Below, piece after piece: positions 37,995 to 47,046 of a stretch of 64,000 nucleotides of DNA (position 1 is the first letter of the stretch; each line of letters starts with the position of its first letter). The stretch spans positions 1,134 through 65,133 of the forward strand of contig JAEUSW010000076.1 in assembly GCA_016788285.1 (NCBI GenBank). Reading direction: 5' to 3'. The DNA comes from Flavobacteriales bacterium (GTDB lineage Bacteria; Bacteroidota; Bacteroidia; Flavobacteriales_F; PHOS-HE28). Made by a program: the position numbers and the translations under genes. A model generated the notes under the pieces. The model was not told the origin of the DNA. It saw nothing but the letters and a program-made list of their open reading frames with translations, and made no database searches.

Positions 37995-39232
37995 GCGAAG
38001 AGCCGGTCGTCCTGCAGGCAGGCGGCGAGCTCGGCATAGACCTGCCGGATCCTGTCCGTCGAGGGCTTGCGGCCGGTGCGGGCCAGGATGCGCTGGGCCA
38101 GGCAGCCCTTGGCGAGCAGATGATCGATGACGGCGCGCGCCTCCTCGCTCAGTTCGCCCCGCAGCTCCTGCACGATGTGCTCCCACAGGCGCTGCGCGGT
38201 CATCCGCTGCTCCTTCATCACGCCGAACATCAGCAGATAGTCCTTGTTCGCGATGACGGCCTTGCCGGCGTCCTTGATGGTCTGCAGGAAGATCGGCAGG
38301 AGGTCGGTCTCGCTCCAGGCCCGCTGCAGGTAGGTGCTGGTCCAGCGGCCTTTGGTCATGGCGCGGCAGAGGGCCACGATCAGTTCGGCGATGGCCAGAT
38401 CGGCCCCCGGGCATTCCTGGATGTCGATGACGCGCAGTTCGATGGCACCACGGTCGAACCGGGCGATGGCCCCCCGCGAGTTGGCGAAGTGGTGGTCCAT
38501 CACCTGTTCGGTATCGAACGGGGCGAGGGCGCGGCCGATGGGGTCGAACACTTCGCGGTAGTAGTCCTCCTGGGTGAAGACCGCTTCGGGGATCAGCGAG
38601 CCCATGAGGGCGGGGAGGCGTTCCTGATGGTGCAGGTAGGCCTCCATGCGCGAGTCGAGGAACCCGGTGGGCTTGCCATCGAGGAGGGGTGAGCTGGCGG
38701 AGAGCGCGGGGATGATCGGCAGCACCATGCGCACGGCGGCGTGCAGCTTGCCGAACTCCTCATCGGTGGCGAAGGGGAGGTTGAGGTGGGTGCTCTGGAG
38801 GTTGCTCCAACCGTGGCCCCGGCAATCGAAGATGCGGTTGTACAGGGCGTACACCTCATTGTATTCGTGCGGCCAGATCACCGTTTCGGTGAAGGGGTCC
38901 ATGAGCGGGTGGGCGGCCGTGGGCAGCAGCATGGCGTCGTGCGCGGCGAGGGCGGCGTTGATGGCGCGCACCTCTCCGGCGAACTTCCGCCGGAAGACCG
39001 GGATGCGGCGGGTGGGCCGGGCGGTCTTCAGTTCCACCACGTGGCTGACGAGCTCATTGCTCCATTCCACGTCCCCGCGTTCCACGTCGCTGGTGATGCG
39101 GCCTACGACATCCTGGAACAGCTGGTCCACGATGGGCATCACGCGCAGCGTGCCGCGGTGCACCACCATGTACTCCAGTTCGATGCCGGTGACCTCGAAG
39201 AGCTTGAAGGCGTTCCGCTTGGGAGGGGTCAT
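37991..39232 (-). CDS. Glutamate-cysteine ligase family 2 (GCS2) / YbdK-type carboxylate-amine ligase
   Basis: GCS2 hallmark N-terminus (FEVTGIELEYMVVHRGTL...) and core (HLNLPFATDEEF...; RFDRGAIELRVIDIQ). Start/stop overlap with both neighbouring genes. Confidence 0.85.
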   Translation of the reverse strand: MTPPKRNAFKLFEVTGIELEYMVVHRGTLRVMPIVDQLFQDVVGRITSDVERGDVEWSNELVSHVVELKTARPTRRIPVFRRKFAGEVRAINAALAAHDAMLLPTAAHPLMDPFTETVIWPHEYNEVYALYNRIFDCRGHGWSNLQSTHLNLPFATDEEFGKLHAAVRMVLPIIPALSASSPLLDGKPTGFLDSRMEAYLHHQERLPALMGSLIPEAVFTQEDYYREVFDPIGRALAPFDTEQVMDHHFANSRGAIARFDRGAIELRVIDIQECPGADLAIAELIVALCRAMTKGRWTSTYLQRAWSETDLLPIFLQTIKDAGKAVIANKDYLLMFGVMKEQRMTAQRLWEHIVQELRGELSEEARAVIDHLLAKGCLAQRILARTGRKPSTDRIRQVYAELAACLQDDRLFA

Positions 39233-40737
39233 GTGCGTTGTGCCGGCGCGGCCGGTGCGGCGGTCGGTCGGATGCCGATCCTGCGTTCGATGCGGTGTTT
39301 CAGGGAGCAGATGATGGCCTCGTACAGGGCGTCGCCCAGAACGACATCCTCCACGCCATGATCGATGTTGGGGCACTCGTTCACCTCGATCACATAGGGG
39401 CGTCCGTCGCGCTCCTTCACGTCGACGCCGAAGAGGCCCTGGTCGCCCACCACGGCCAGCACGGCCTTCACGGCCGCATCCACGATGGCCTTGGGCGCCT
39501 GGTCGACCGGCAGGGTGGCGAAGTCGCCCGTCTGGTCCTTCTTGGTGCCGCTGCTCCAGTTGTAGATCTGCCAGTGTCCGCGGGCCATGAAGTACTTGCA
39601 GGCGTACAGCGGCCGGCCGTCGAGCACGCCCACGCGCCAGTCGAAGTCGCTGGGCATGAACTCCTGGGCGATCACCAGGTCGCTCTCGCCCAGGAGCTCG
39701 TCGAGCTTGCGTTCCAGTTCCTCGGGGCTGTGCGCCTTGGTGACCCCCCTGCTGAACGTGCTGTCGGGGAGCTTCAGCACCACCGGCAGGCCGAAGCGTG
39801 CGATCACCTCCTGGCGGTTCTCGGCATGCACGATCAGGGTTCTCGGCGTGGGCACATCGTGCGCCTCCATCACCTCGGCGAGGAAGACCTTGTTGTTGCA
39901 CTTGAGGATGGCGTCCGGGGCGTCCATCACGGCGAGCCCTTCCTTCTGTGCCTTGCGGGCGAAGCGGTAGGTGTGGTGGTCCACATGGGTGTTCTCGCGG
40001 ATGAACAGGGCGTCGTACTCGGCCACGCGATCGATGTCGTCGGGGCCGAGGATATCCACCTTGAAGCCGAGGCGCTCCGCGGCCTGGCGGAACTTCACCA
40101 CCGCGCGCTTGTTGCTGGGTGAGGCCTGGTCCTCGGGGTTCACCAGGATGGCCAGGTCGTAGCTGCTATGGTCCTCACGGGCACGGTCGTAGCGCTTCTT
40201 GGCGAAATACTCGCTGGCGAAGCGCCGCAGGAAGGGCAGGTGGTCCTCGGGGATGTCGTTGTACGGGATGGGCCGGATGGCGCGCAGCTCCCATTCCCCG
40301 CCGGTGCGCTGGAACCGGGCGCGCAGCAACGGCGACCGGAACACCTTGTAGAGCTCGTGCGCGAGGCGGTCGTACTTGCGGTTGACGTTGCGGCCGAAGT
40401 AGATGCTCAGGTCGAACTGGTCCTTCTTCTTGTCCGCCAGCTGCTGCTGGATGAGGCCGTGCAGGTCGCGTCCCAGGACCTTCACCAGGCGCGGCGAACG
40501 AAGGTCGAGGATGCTCTTCGCGTCCGGGATCACCTTGTGGCCGCGGGCCTCGGCCAGCAGACTGACGTAGTAGCCGCGGCTCTGGTAGCTGTAGCTGCGG
40601 GCCAGGTTGAAGATGCGCACGTTGCGCAGCGCGGCAAAGGTGGGGTCGGTGAGGTAGTCCTTGCTGGACACCACCTCCACGCCGGAAAGGCCGAGGTGGA
40701 ACTCACGCGGTTCGCGCACCACAATGATCTTCCTCAT
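39229..40737 (-). CDS. RimK-type ATP-grasp ligase (alpha-L-glutamate ligase / glutathione-synthetase-like) with an uncharacterised roughly 230-aa N-terminal extension
   Basis: C-terminal ATP-grasp core (PVVLKLPDSTFSRGVTKAHSPEE...LVIAQEFMPSDFDWRVGVLDGRPLYACKY...PYVIEVNECPNID). The N-terminal 230 aa have no recognisable motif. Confidence 0.85.
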   Translation of the reverse strand: MRKIIVVREPREFHLGLSGVEVVSSKDYLTDPTFAALRNVRIFNLARSYSYQSRGYYVSLLAEARGHKVIPDAKSILDLRSPRLVKVLGRDLHGLIQQQLADKKKDQFDLSIYFGRNVNRKYDRLAHELYKVFRSPLLRARFQRTGGEWELRAIRPIPYNDIPEDHLPFLRRFASEYFAKKRYDRAREDHSSYDLAILVNPEDQASPSNKRAVVKFRQAAERLGFKVDILGPDDIDRVAEYDALFIRENTHVDHHTYRFARKAQKEGLAVMDAPDAILKCNNKVFLAEVMEAHDVPTPRTLIVHAENRQEVIARFGLPVVLKLPDSTFSRGVTKAHSPEELERKLDELLGESDLVIAQEFMPSDFDWRVGVLDGRPLYACKYFMARGHWQIYNWSSGTKKDQTGDFATLPVDQAPKAIVDAAVKAVLAVVGDQGLFGVDVKERDGRPYVIEVNECPNIDHGVEDVVLGDALYEAIICSLKHRIERRIGIRPTAAPAAPAQRT

Positions 40738-41492
40738 GGGCTCACGGACGGGTTCGGACGCTTCGGGGCGCGCTCCTTCACCAGCGGTGGTGGAAGGGGC
40801 GAGCGCGACAGGATGAGCATGTTGGCGTCGTAGGTGACGATGCCGAGCATGATGGAGTTGATCAGACGGCCCACGTGCACCGGGTAATGATGCTCGCGGC
40901 TGTAGGGGTTGTCCATGTATGGGTCCGCCACGTGCACGGTCTTGCCCTCCATGGAGGTGAGCACCACGAAATGCCCCATGGGCTTCCCGCGGAGGTCATC
41001 GAAGACGCTCTGTCCGTTGGCCCCGGTGTGCTCACGTTTGCTGCGGTAGAGGTAGGTCGCGCTGAGCCCTGTGAGGATCGGCAGGTCCCGGTCCAGGTAG
41101 TCGCGCAGCAGGTCGGGCGTGGGGTCGTCGAACCGGACCTCGCCGCCCATCTTCAGGAAACGGGCGTAGGCCAGGCAGGCGGCGGTCAGCTTCTTGCCGT
41201 CCTTGAAGCGGGTCTGCGCCACGAGCTTTTTCCGCAGGACCTCGCCCGGCAGGCCCTCCCAGGTGGGGTCGAACACGCGGAGGTTGTAGCTGTGGATGCG
41301 GGCATGGAAGCCCTGTTTCAGCGCGTGCAGACCCAGGAAGACCGCCAGGGTGCCGCCATCCTCCAGGGCATGCACCTCCCGGATCACCTGGTCCAGCGGC
41401 AGGTCGAGGCCCAGGTGCGCGTAGACGGCCTGCAAGGCCGTGGGCCCGCAGGTGTTGTCATCGGGCTGGGGGAGGATGCGGAGCCTGCGCAT
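40734..41492 (-). CDS. Papain-fold cysteine peptidase, C39-like (Peptidase_C39_2-type) hypothetical protein
   Basis: QPDDNTCGPTALQAVYAHLG (a Cys in the Q...C context typical of C39/papain-like peptidases) and a later GHFVVLTS (candidate catalytic His). Stop overlaps the ATP-grasp start. Confidence 0.55.
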   Translation of the reverse strand: MRRLRILPQPDDNTCGPTALQAVYAHLGLDLPLDQVIREVHALEDGGTLAVFLGLHALKQGFHARIHSYNLRVFDPTWEGLPGEVLRKKLVAQTRFKDGKKLTAACLAYARFLKMGGEVRFDDPTPDLLRDYLDRDLPILTGLSATYLYRSKREHTGANGQSVFDDLRGKPMGHFVVLTSMEGKTVHVADPYMDNPYSREHHYPVHVGRLINSIMLGIVTYDANMLILSRSPLPPPLVKERAPKRPNPSVSP

Positions 41493-41552
41493 GGAAGCCG
41501 GTGGGCGGACCGGGCAAAGGTGAACGGGCGGGGGCCGCGCGCGCCGACGGAT

Positions 41553-41576
41553 GAGGGCCGGCCATGAACAGCCCGC
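41553..41576 (-). terminator. Perfect hairpin ccatgaac-agcccgcc-gttcatgg downstream of the DUF4340 gene, separating the gld-like operon from the ligase operon
   Basis: Seen in sequence: 8-bp perfect stem with an 8-nt loop, 14 nt after the stop at 41590. Confidence 0.4.
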
Positions 41577-41589
41577 CGTTCATGGCGCC

Positions 41590-42525
41590 TTAGGGCAGGA
41601 AGAAGCCGCGTGTCTTGAACATGCGCGTCAGCTCGCGCGAGGGGTCGAAACGCATCTTCGATCCGGGGTCGAGCGAGGTGGTGGCCACCAACCCCGACCA
41701 TCCGGTGTAGATGCTGACCGTGATGGGCGCGCGGCCATCGTCGAAGCTCACTTCGAGGCTGTAGTCGGGGGTCAGACCGGCGATGTTCACCGTGTCCGCG
41801 AAGGCCTGGGTGCGCGCCCGGACGAGGGGGGCGAGGTAGCCGTCCACCTTGCTCTGATCGGCGGTGTCGGCGTCCACCATCCACGTGCTGCCCATCCGCT
41901 CCACCACGAAGGCGGTATCCATGGAATAGCTGAACCGCAGGCGCTGGATGCGCGCGGGATCGCCACGTACCAGCCACTTGGGCCGCCATTCGGCCAGGGG
42001 TTGTTCCGCCAGCATGCTCATGGTCCCCTCCACCGAGAAGACCTCGTCCTCGCCCGGGAGGTTCACGGTGGACCACATGCCCACCTGACCGGGTGCGAAG
42101 GTGTTCCGACCGTAGTGCACGGTGCGCTCCGGTCCGTCCACCGACCGGAAGACCGCGGTCTCGCGAAGGCTGTCGGTGAGGTCGTAGCGCTCCTTCACCA
42201 GGTCCATGAAGCCCGTGAGCCGCTTGCTGCGCATGTGGGCGTGTCCTCCGAGGAACTCGCGGACACGTTCATCGTCGGCGCGATGGGCGCGGCCGTCCAG
42301 GCTCACCGTCCATCCATCGGGGCTCCGGTCGAAGCGCAGTTCAGCGGGGCGCATCGCGCTGGGAAAGAGAGAGAAGCCGGTGACCGCGGCGGTGTCCAGG
42401 GTCATCACCACATCGCGGAAGCTGCGGTCCTTGGCGCGCGGGCTCCAGAGGTCGGAGATCACGAAGAGCAGCAGCAGCACGCCGGCGGCGATGAGCAGGG
42501 CCCGGGTGCTGAGGTTACTCCACAT
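41590..42525 (-). CDS. DUF4340 domain protein (GldG-associated)
   Basis: N-terminal TM anchor. Positioned immediately downstream of the GldG-like gene and overlapping it, the usual arrangement for DUF4340. Confidence 0.55.
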   Translation of the reverse strand: MWSNLSTRALLIAAGVLLLLFVISDLWSPRAKDRSFRDVVMTLDTAAVTGFSLFPSAMRPAELRFDRSPDGWTVSLDGRAHRADDERVREFLGGHAHMRSKRLTGFMDLVKERYDLTDSLRETAVFRSVDGPERTVHYGRNTFAPGQVGMWSTVNLPGEDEVFSVEGTMSMLAEQPLAEWRPKWLVRGDPARIQRLRFSYSMDTAFVVERMGSTWMVDADTADQSKVDGYLAPLVRARTQAFADTVNIAGLTPDYSLEVSFDDGRAPITVSIYTGWSGLVATTSLDPGSKMRFDPSRELTRMFKTRGFFLP

Positions 42526-44029
42526 GGCCTGGGGCCGATCGGGCCTTTCGTTGGCGACGGCGCCACTGCATGCGCAGCACGCCGCAGGCGATCACGAGCA
42601 GGATGGGGAGCAGCAGGTTGGACCACTTGAGCGTGCTGCGCTCGGCATCGCCCAGTTCCTCGAGCGGCCTGTAGTTGACGCCCTTGCCGCGCAGGTCGAT
42701 GAGCCCGGTCTGGTCGCTCACCCAGTCCACCGCGTTCACCAGCAGGTTCACATTGTCCGGGTTCAACTGACCACCTTCCGCGCCCACGGCGAAGTTGCCG
42801 TTGCCGATGACCACGAGCCGGGCACCGGGTCCATTGCCGAAGGGCCCTTCGACGGCGAAGGCGAGGTCCCGCGGGGCCTGGGTGAAGTCGGCATCGGTCC
42901 ATTGGCGCTGCAGGTCGACCTCGTGCGGAAGGGCGACCGAGCCGGTGCGGTCGCTGGTGGAGAGCAGCGGGGTGTAGCGGTAGGTGCTGTCGCCGGTGAC
43001 CGTGAACGAGCGCGCGAACTGCAGCACGACGGCTTCCAGGCCCGAGGCCACCGGATGCTCACCGAAGCGGGTGACCAAGGGGAAGTAGGGGAAGGCCATG
43101 GCCGTTTGCAGGTTGAAGAACCCCCGCTGCTGCATCACCTGCACCTGGCCGCACTGCGCGTCGGTCACCAGGTCCAGGTCGGCGCGCAGGCCGTGGCGTG
43201 CGAGCCACGCATCCACCCCCGTGCTGCGCTGCTCCACGAGAGGGGTGCGTTGCAGGTCGGCCGCGGCATGGCTGAAGGCGATGACCACCCCTCCGCCGCG
43301 TGCCATGAACTCCTCCAGCCGTTGGAGCGCCATGGGGCTGATGGTGTCCGCAGGGTCGATGATGGCGATGGTGCGGAAGCGGCCGTGCACCGGCATGGTG
43401 TCATAGATGGTCATGGGCTCCACGCTGTAGAGGACGCTGAGGCCCTGCATGGCCTGGGCCATGGCGTTCACCGAGGGTTCGCCATGCCCCTGCATGATGC
43501 CCACCACGGGCTTCTCCTGCACGCTCACTTCCTTGATGCGTGAGCTGAGCTCCCACTCCATGGGCGATCCAGGCTGCACCACGGGGATCACGGCCTGCTG
43601 TTCGCCCATGCGCACCACGGCACCCATGAAGGCCTTGATCTGCTCGGCCTTGTCCTTTTCCCGCGTGTTCACCAGGAGAGGGCGGATGCCGGCCTCCAAG
43701 GCCTGCTGTTCCAACGAATCGGCCGAGGCCGGATCGATCATCTCGTACACCACGTTGCCGCCGGAACGTTCGGCGTACTCCACGAGCAGGTCGCGGAACT
43801 CATCACGGGCCACCGCCAGGTCCGGCGGCAGATCCTCCGTGAAGTAGCCGGTGATGGTGGCGGCCTCGGGCAGGTCCTTCAGGATGTCGCGCGTGGCCTT
43901 GCTGAGGGTGTAGCGCTGGTCACTGGTGAGGTCGATGCGCAGGTGGTAACGCGAGCCGACGAGGTTGAGCAGCACCAGCACGGCGCTGAACAACAGCCCG
44001 AAGCGGATCATGGCGGCCTTGGTCCTCAT
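42515..44029 (-). CDS. GldG-like ABC-type uncharacterised transport system auxiliary component (gliding-motility-associated)
   Basis: N-terminal and C-terminal TM anchors flanking a large periplasmic domain, about 500 aa. Downstream of ABC-2 permease and ATPase genes, as in gldA-gldF-gldG. Confidence 0.7.
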   Translation of the reverse strand: MRTKAAMIRFGLLFSAVLVLLNLVGSRYHLRIDLTSDQRYTLSKATRDILKDLPEAATITGYFTEDLPPDLAVARDEFRDLLVEYAERSGGNVVYEMIDPASADSLEQQALEAGIRPLLVNTREKDKAEQIKAFMGAVVRMGEQQAVIPVVQPGSPMEWELSSRIKEVSVQEKPVVGIMQGHGEPSVNAMAQAMQGLSVLYSVEPMTIYDTMPVHGRFRTIAIIDPADTISPMALQRLEEFMARGGGVVIAFSHAAADLQRTPLVEQRSTGVDAWLARHGLRADLDLVTDAQCGQVQVMQQRGFFNLQTAMAFPYFPLVTRFGEHPVASGLEAVVLQFARSFTVTGDSTYRYTPLLSTSDRTGSVALPHEVDLQRQWTDADFTQAPRDLAFAVEGPFGNGPGARLVVIGNGNFAVGAEGGQLNPDNVNLLVNAVDWVSDQTGLIDLRGKGVNYRPLEELGDAERSTLKWSNLLLPILLVIACGVLRMQWRRRQRKARSAPGHVE

Positions 44030-44033
44030 GGCA

Positions 44034-44759
44034 TCAGCGCTGCAGCCCGCGTTTGGCCAGTTGAAGTTCGGCGCCCACCAGCCCTGCTGCGGCGATGCTC
44101 AGGAAGTAGAGGACATCGCGGCTGTCCACCACGCCGCGCGACATGGAGTCGAAGTGGACGCCCATGCCCAGGAAGTCGAACACGCGGCCCACGGTGCCGG
44201 TGAGCGATGCGGCCACGATCCCGAACAGCAGGTGGAAACACGCGCCGATGACCAGGGCGATGAGGAAGGCCACCAGCTGGTTGTTGGTGACGGAACTGGC
44301 GAAGACCCCGACGCCGATGTAGCTGGCGCTCATCAGCAGCAAGGCCAGGTAACCGCACACGGCGGCGCCGTGGTCGATGGGCCCGATGCGGGCCACGGTG
44401 ATGTAGTAGGGCAGGGTGAAGAAAAGGGCCGCCGCGATCAGCAGCAGGCAGGAGGTGAACTTGCCGAGCACCACCTGCCAGTCGGTGACGGCCTTGGTGA
44501 GCAGCAGGTCGAGGGTGCCGGTGCGACGCTCCTCGGCCAGGGTGCGCATGGTGAGGGCGGGGATGAAGAAGAAGAGCGTCCAGTAGGCGATGTTGAAGAA
44601 GCTGCCGAGGTCGGCCTGGCCCTGCATGAACACATCCGCGCCGAACCACCAGGTGAAGAAACCGCTGATGCCCAGGAAGACCACCAGCAGGATATAGGCC
44701 ATGAGGGAGTCGAAGAAGGAGGCGAGCTCCCGGCGGGCGATGGTCCAGGTCGTACGCAC
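44034..44759 (-). CDS. ABC-2 family transporter permease (GldF-like)
   Basis: Six predicted TM helices, about 241 aa. Immediately downstream of the ABC ATPase. Confidence 0.75.
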   Translation of the reverse strand: MRTTWTIARRELASFFDSLMAYILLVVFLGISGFFTWWFGADVFMQGQADLGSFFNIAYWTLFFFIPALTMRTLAEERRTGTLDLLLTKAVTDWQVVLGKFTSCLLLIAAALFFTLPYYITVARIGPIDHGAAVCGYLALLLMSASYIGVGVFASSVTNNQLVAFLIALVIGACFHLLFGIVAASLTGTVGRVFDFLGMGVHFDSMSRGVVDSRDVLYFLSIAAAGLVGAELQLAKRGLQR

Positions 44760-44765
44760 GGTCGG

Positions 44766-45689
44766 TCAGTTCAGCGTAAGGTCTCGGAAGACATCCTCGA
44801 GGCGAGAGCCTGGGGAGTGCAGTTCGGTGAGGGTCCAGCCCCGGTCCACGCACAGGCGATAGACCGGGCGGGCGATGTGCGCGTCAGCAGCGGCTTGCAG
44901 GAGGAAGGCCCCGTCGGTAGCGACCTCCATGGCCTCCACGCCGGGCAGGTCCCGCAGCGCTTCGGCCGGGGCGCCAGGGGGGGCATCCTCGATCCGCACC
45001 CGCACCAGCGGGCGGCCTTGGGCCTGCCGTCGAAGATCGCCCGGGGTGCCGTCGGCCACGATCCTGCCTTTGTTGATGATGAGGATCCGATCGCAGGTGG
45101 CCTCCACCTCGGGCAGGATGTGGGTGCTGAAGATGACCGTCTTGGCCCGGCCCACTTCCTTGATCAGCTCCCGGATCTCCACGATCTGGTTGGGGTCCAA
45201 TCCGGTCGTGGGCTCATCGAGGATGAGCACCTCGGGATCGTGGACCATCGCCTGGGCCAGCCCGACACGCTGACGGTAGCCCTTGCTGAGCTCGCCGACC
45301 CGTTTGTGCTTCTCGGCATCGAGGCCGCACACGCGCACCATCTCGGCCAGGCGCTCGCGGATGCGGCCATCGGACAGGCCCTGCACGCGCGCGGCGAAAC
45401 GCAGGTGGTCAAGCACGGGCATGTCCTCGTACAACGGATTGTTCTCCGGCAGATAGCCGATGTGGCGGCGCACGGCCTGGAGGTCGCTCAACACCGATCG
45501 GCCTCCGACGTGGATGCTGCCCGCATCGGGAGCGAGCAGGCCGCAGATCATCTTCATGGTGGTGGATTTCCCGGCGCCGTTCGGACCCAGGAAACCAAGC
45601 ACCTCGCCGGGCCGCACCATGAAGCTGATGCCATCCACCGCGGCCTGCGGGCCGTAGCGCTTGGTGAGGCCTTCGATGCGGATGTCCAT
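44766..45689 (-). CDS. ABC transporter ATP-binding protein (GldA-like)
   Basis: Walker A GPNGAGKST, signature LSKGYRQRVGLA, Walker B LILDEPTTGLD. The start was taken at MDIRIEGL. Confidence 0.85.
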   Translation of the reverse strand: MDIRIEGLTKRYGPQAAVDGISFMVRPGEVLGFLGPNGAGKSTTMKMICGLLAPDAGSIHVGGRSVLSDLQAVRRHIGYLPENNPLYEDMPVLDHLRFAARVQGLSDGRIRERLAEMVRVCGLDAEKHKRVGELSKGYRQRVGLAQAMVHDPEVLILDEPTTGLDPNQIVEIRELIKEVGRAKTVIFSTHILPEVEATCDRILIINKGRIVADGTPGDLRRQAQGRPLVRVRIEDAPPGAPAEALRDLPGVEAMEVATDGAFLLQAAADAHIARPVYRLCVDRGWTLTELHSPGSRLEDVFRDLTLN

Positions 45690-45699
45690 GGGAGCGGCG

Positions 45700-45707
45700 C
45701 AAAAATA
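45700..45707 (-). promoter_or_regulatory. Putative -7 element TATTTTTG (minus strand) upstream of the ABC ATPase gene
   Basis: Matches the Bacteroidota sigma-A TAnnTTTG consensus. Plus-strand CAAAAATA at 45700-45707. Confidence 0.3.
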
Positions 45708-45766
45708 TCCGGCCACGCCCGGCGGCTTCGGGAGGTGTGCGAAAAAACGTTAACGGCCTGGGCGGG

Positions 45767-46297
45767 TCATCGGGATGGGTCGGGAAAGAGCTCCTTGGGC
45801 AGGGCGCCTTCATGCTCCAGCAGCCATTTCTTGCGCCAGAGCCCGCCGACATAACCGGTGAGGAGGCCGTCGCTGGCGATCACCCGGTGACAAGGGACCA
45901 GGATGGGCAATGGGTTGCTGCCGCAGGCGTGCCCCACGGTGCGTCCCAGGGCGCGACCGCCGATGCGTTCCCCGATGGCCTGGTAGGTCAGCGTGCGGCC
46001 ATAGGGGATGTCGTCGATCGCGGACCAGACCAGCCGCTGGAACCTGGTGCCCAGCCGTTGGAGGGGCAGGTCGAAGGTCCTCCGCTTTCCCGTGAAGTAG
46101 TGGTCGAGCTGGCGGGCCGCCTCGGCGAGCAGAGGAGGCTGCTTGCCCCGGTTGCCGACCAGCGCTTCGAAGGAGACCCGGGTGATCAACGCTCCATCGC
46201 TCTCCAGGAAGACCTTGCCGATCGGGCCGTCCACCGCCACCACATGCAGTGGGGCGAACAGTTCGAGTGAGCGGGTCCTACGGACGGAGGGGGGCAT
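45767..46297 (-). CDS. ogt: Methylated-DNA-[protein]-cysteine S-methyltransferase
   Basis: Active-site PCHRV motif and HTH (TLTYQAIGERIG). The 427-aa track ORF was trimmed to the 176-aa product from the in-frame ATG, because its 5' extension runs antisense through the DUF2461 gene. Confidence 0.85.
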   Translation of the reverse strand: MPPSVRRTRSLELFAPLHVVAVDGPIGKVFLESDGALITRVSFEALVGNRGKQPPLLAEAARQLDHYFTGKRRTFDLPLQRLGTRFQRLVWSAIDDIPYGRTLTYQAIGERIGGRALGRTVGHACGSNPLPILVPCHRVIASDGLLTGYVGGLWRKKWLLEHEGALPKELFPDPSR

Positions 46298-46319
46298 GGC
46301 CTGCGGGTTAACTTCCGCG

Positions 46320-46327
46320 CAAAATAG
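46320..46327 (-). promoter_or_regulatory. Putative -7 element TATTTTGC (minus strand) about 23 nt upstream of ogt
   Basis: Plus-strand CAAAATAG between the divergent ogt and DUF2461 genes. Confidence 0.3.
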
Positions 46328-46333
46328 GCAGCC

Positions 46334-46996
46334 ATGGCGTGGTTTGGTCCGGACTTCGATCGCTTCTTCAAGGACCTTGCGGCCCACAACAACAAGGAGT
46401 GGTTCGACGGGCAGCGCAAGCGTTACGAAGAGAACGTGAAGGAGCCGTTCGCGGCGTTCGTCGGCGAGTTGATCGCGCGGGTGGGCGCGCTGGACAAGCG
46501 GGTCCGGATCACCCCGCAGGAAGCGATCTTCCGCATCCATCGGGACGTCCGCTTCAGCAAGGACAAGGCGCCCTACAAACTGGCGTGTTCGGCGATCATC
46601 TCGGCGGCCGGGCGCAAGGACCATGGCGTCCCCGGCATGTACATCGAGCTGGGCCCGGAGAAGGTGGCGATCTATGGGGGCAGCTACCAGCCGGAGAAGG
46701 AGGCATTGCTCGCCATCCGGCAACGGATCGCCGCCAAGCCGGCCGTTTTCCGTTCGCTCTATACCGCGAAGCCGTTCGCCGAGCGGTTCGGGTCGATCCT
46801 GGGAGAGCGGAACAAAGTGCTTCCTCCGGAGCTGCGCAAGGCGGCCGAACGTGAGCCACTGCTCTACAACAAGCAGTTCTATTGGTGCGCCGAGCTGCCC
46901 GCCTCCAGGATCACCTCGCCCAAGCTGGCCGATGTGATGATGGAGCACTACAGCGCCATGCGCCCCTTGAACGAGTTCCTGCTGGGCAAGGTCTGA
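46334..46996 (+). CDS. DUF2461 (TIGR02453) family protein
   Basis: Conserved FFKDLAAHNNKEWF...RIHRDVRFSKDK motifs typical of the DUF2461 family. Confidence 0.7.
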   Translation: MAWFGPDFDRFFKDLAAHNNKEWFDGQRKRYEENVKEPFAAFVGELIARVGALDKRVRITPQEAIFRIHRDVRFSKDKAPYKLACSAIISAAGRKDHGVPGMYIELGPEKVAIYGGSYQPEKEALLAIRQRIAAKPAVFRSLYTAKPFAERFGSILGERNKVLPPELRKAAEREPLLYNKQFYWCAELPASRITSPKLADVMMEHYSAMRPLNEFLLGKV

Positions 46997-47046
46997 AACG
47001 AAGGAAGGCGACCCGAGGGTCGCCTTCCTTGCAACTCGGCGCGAGG

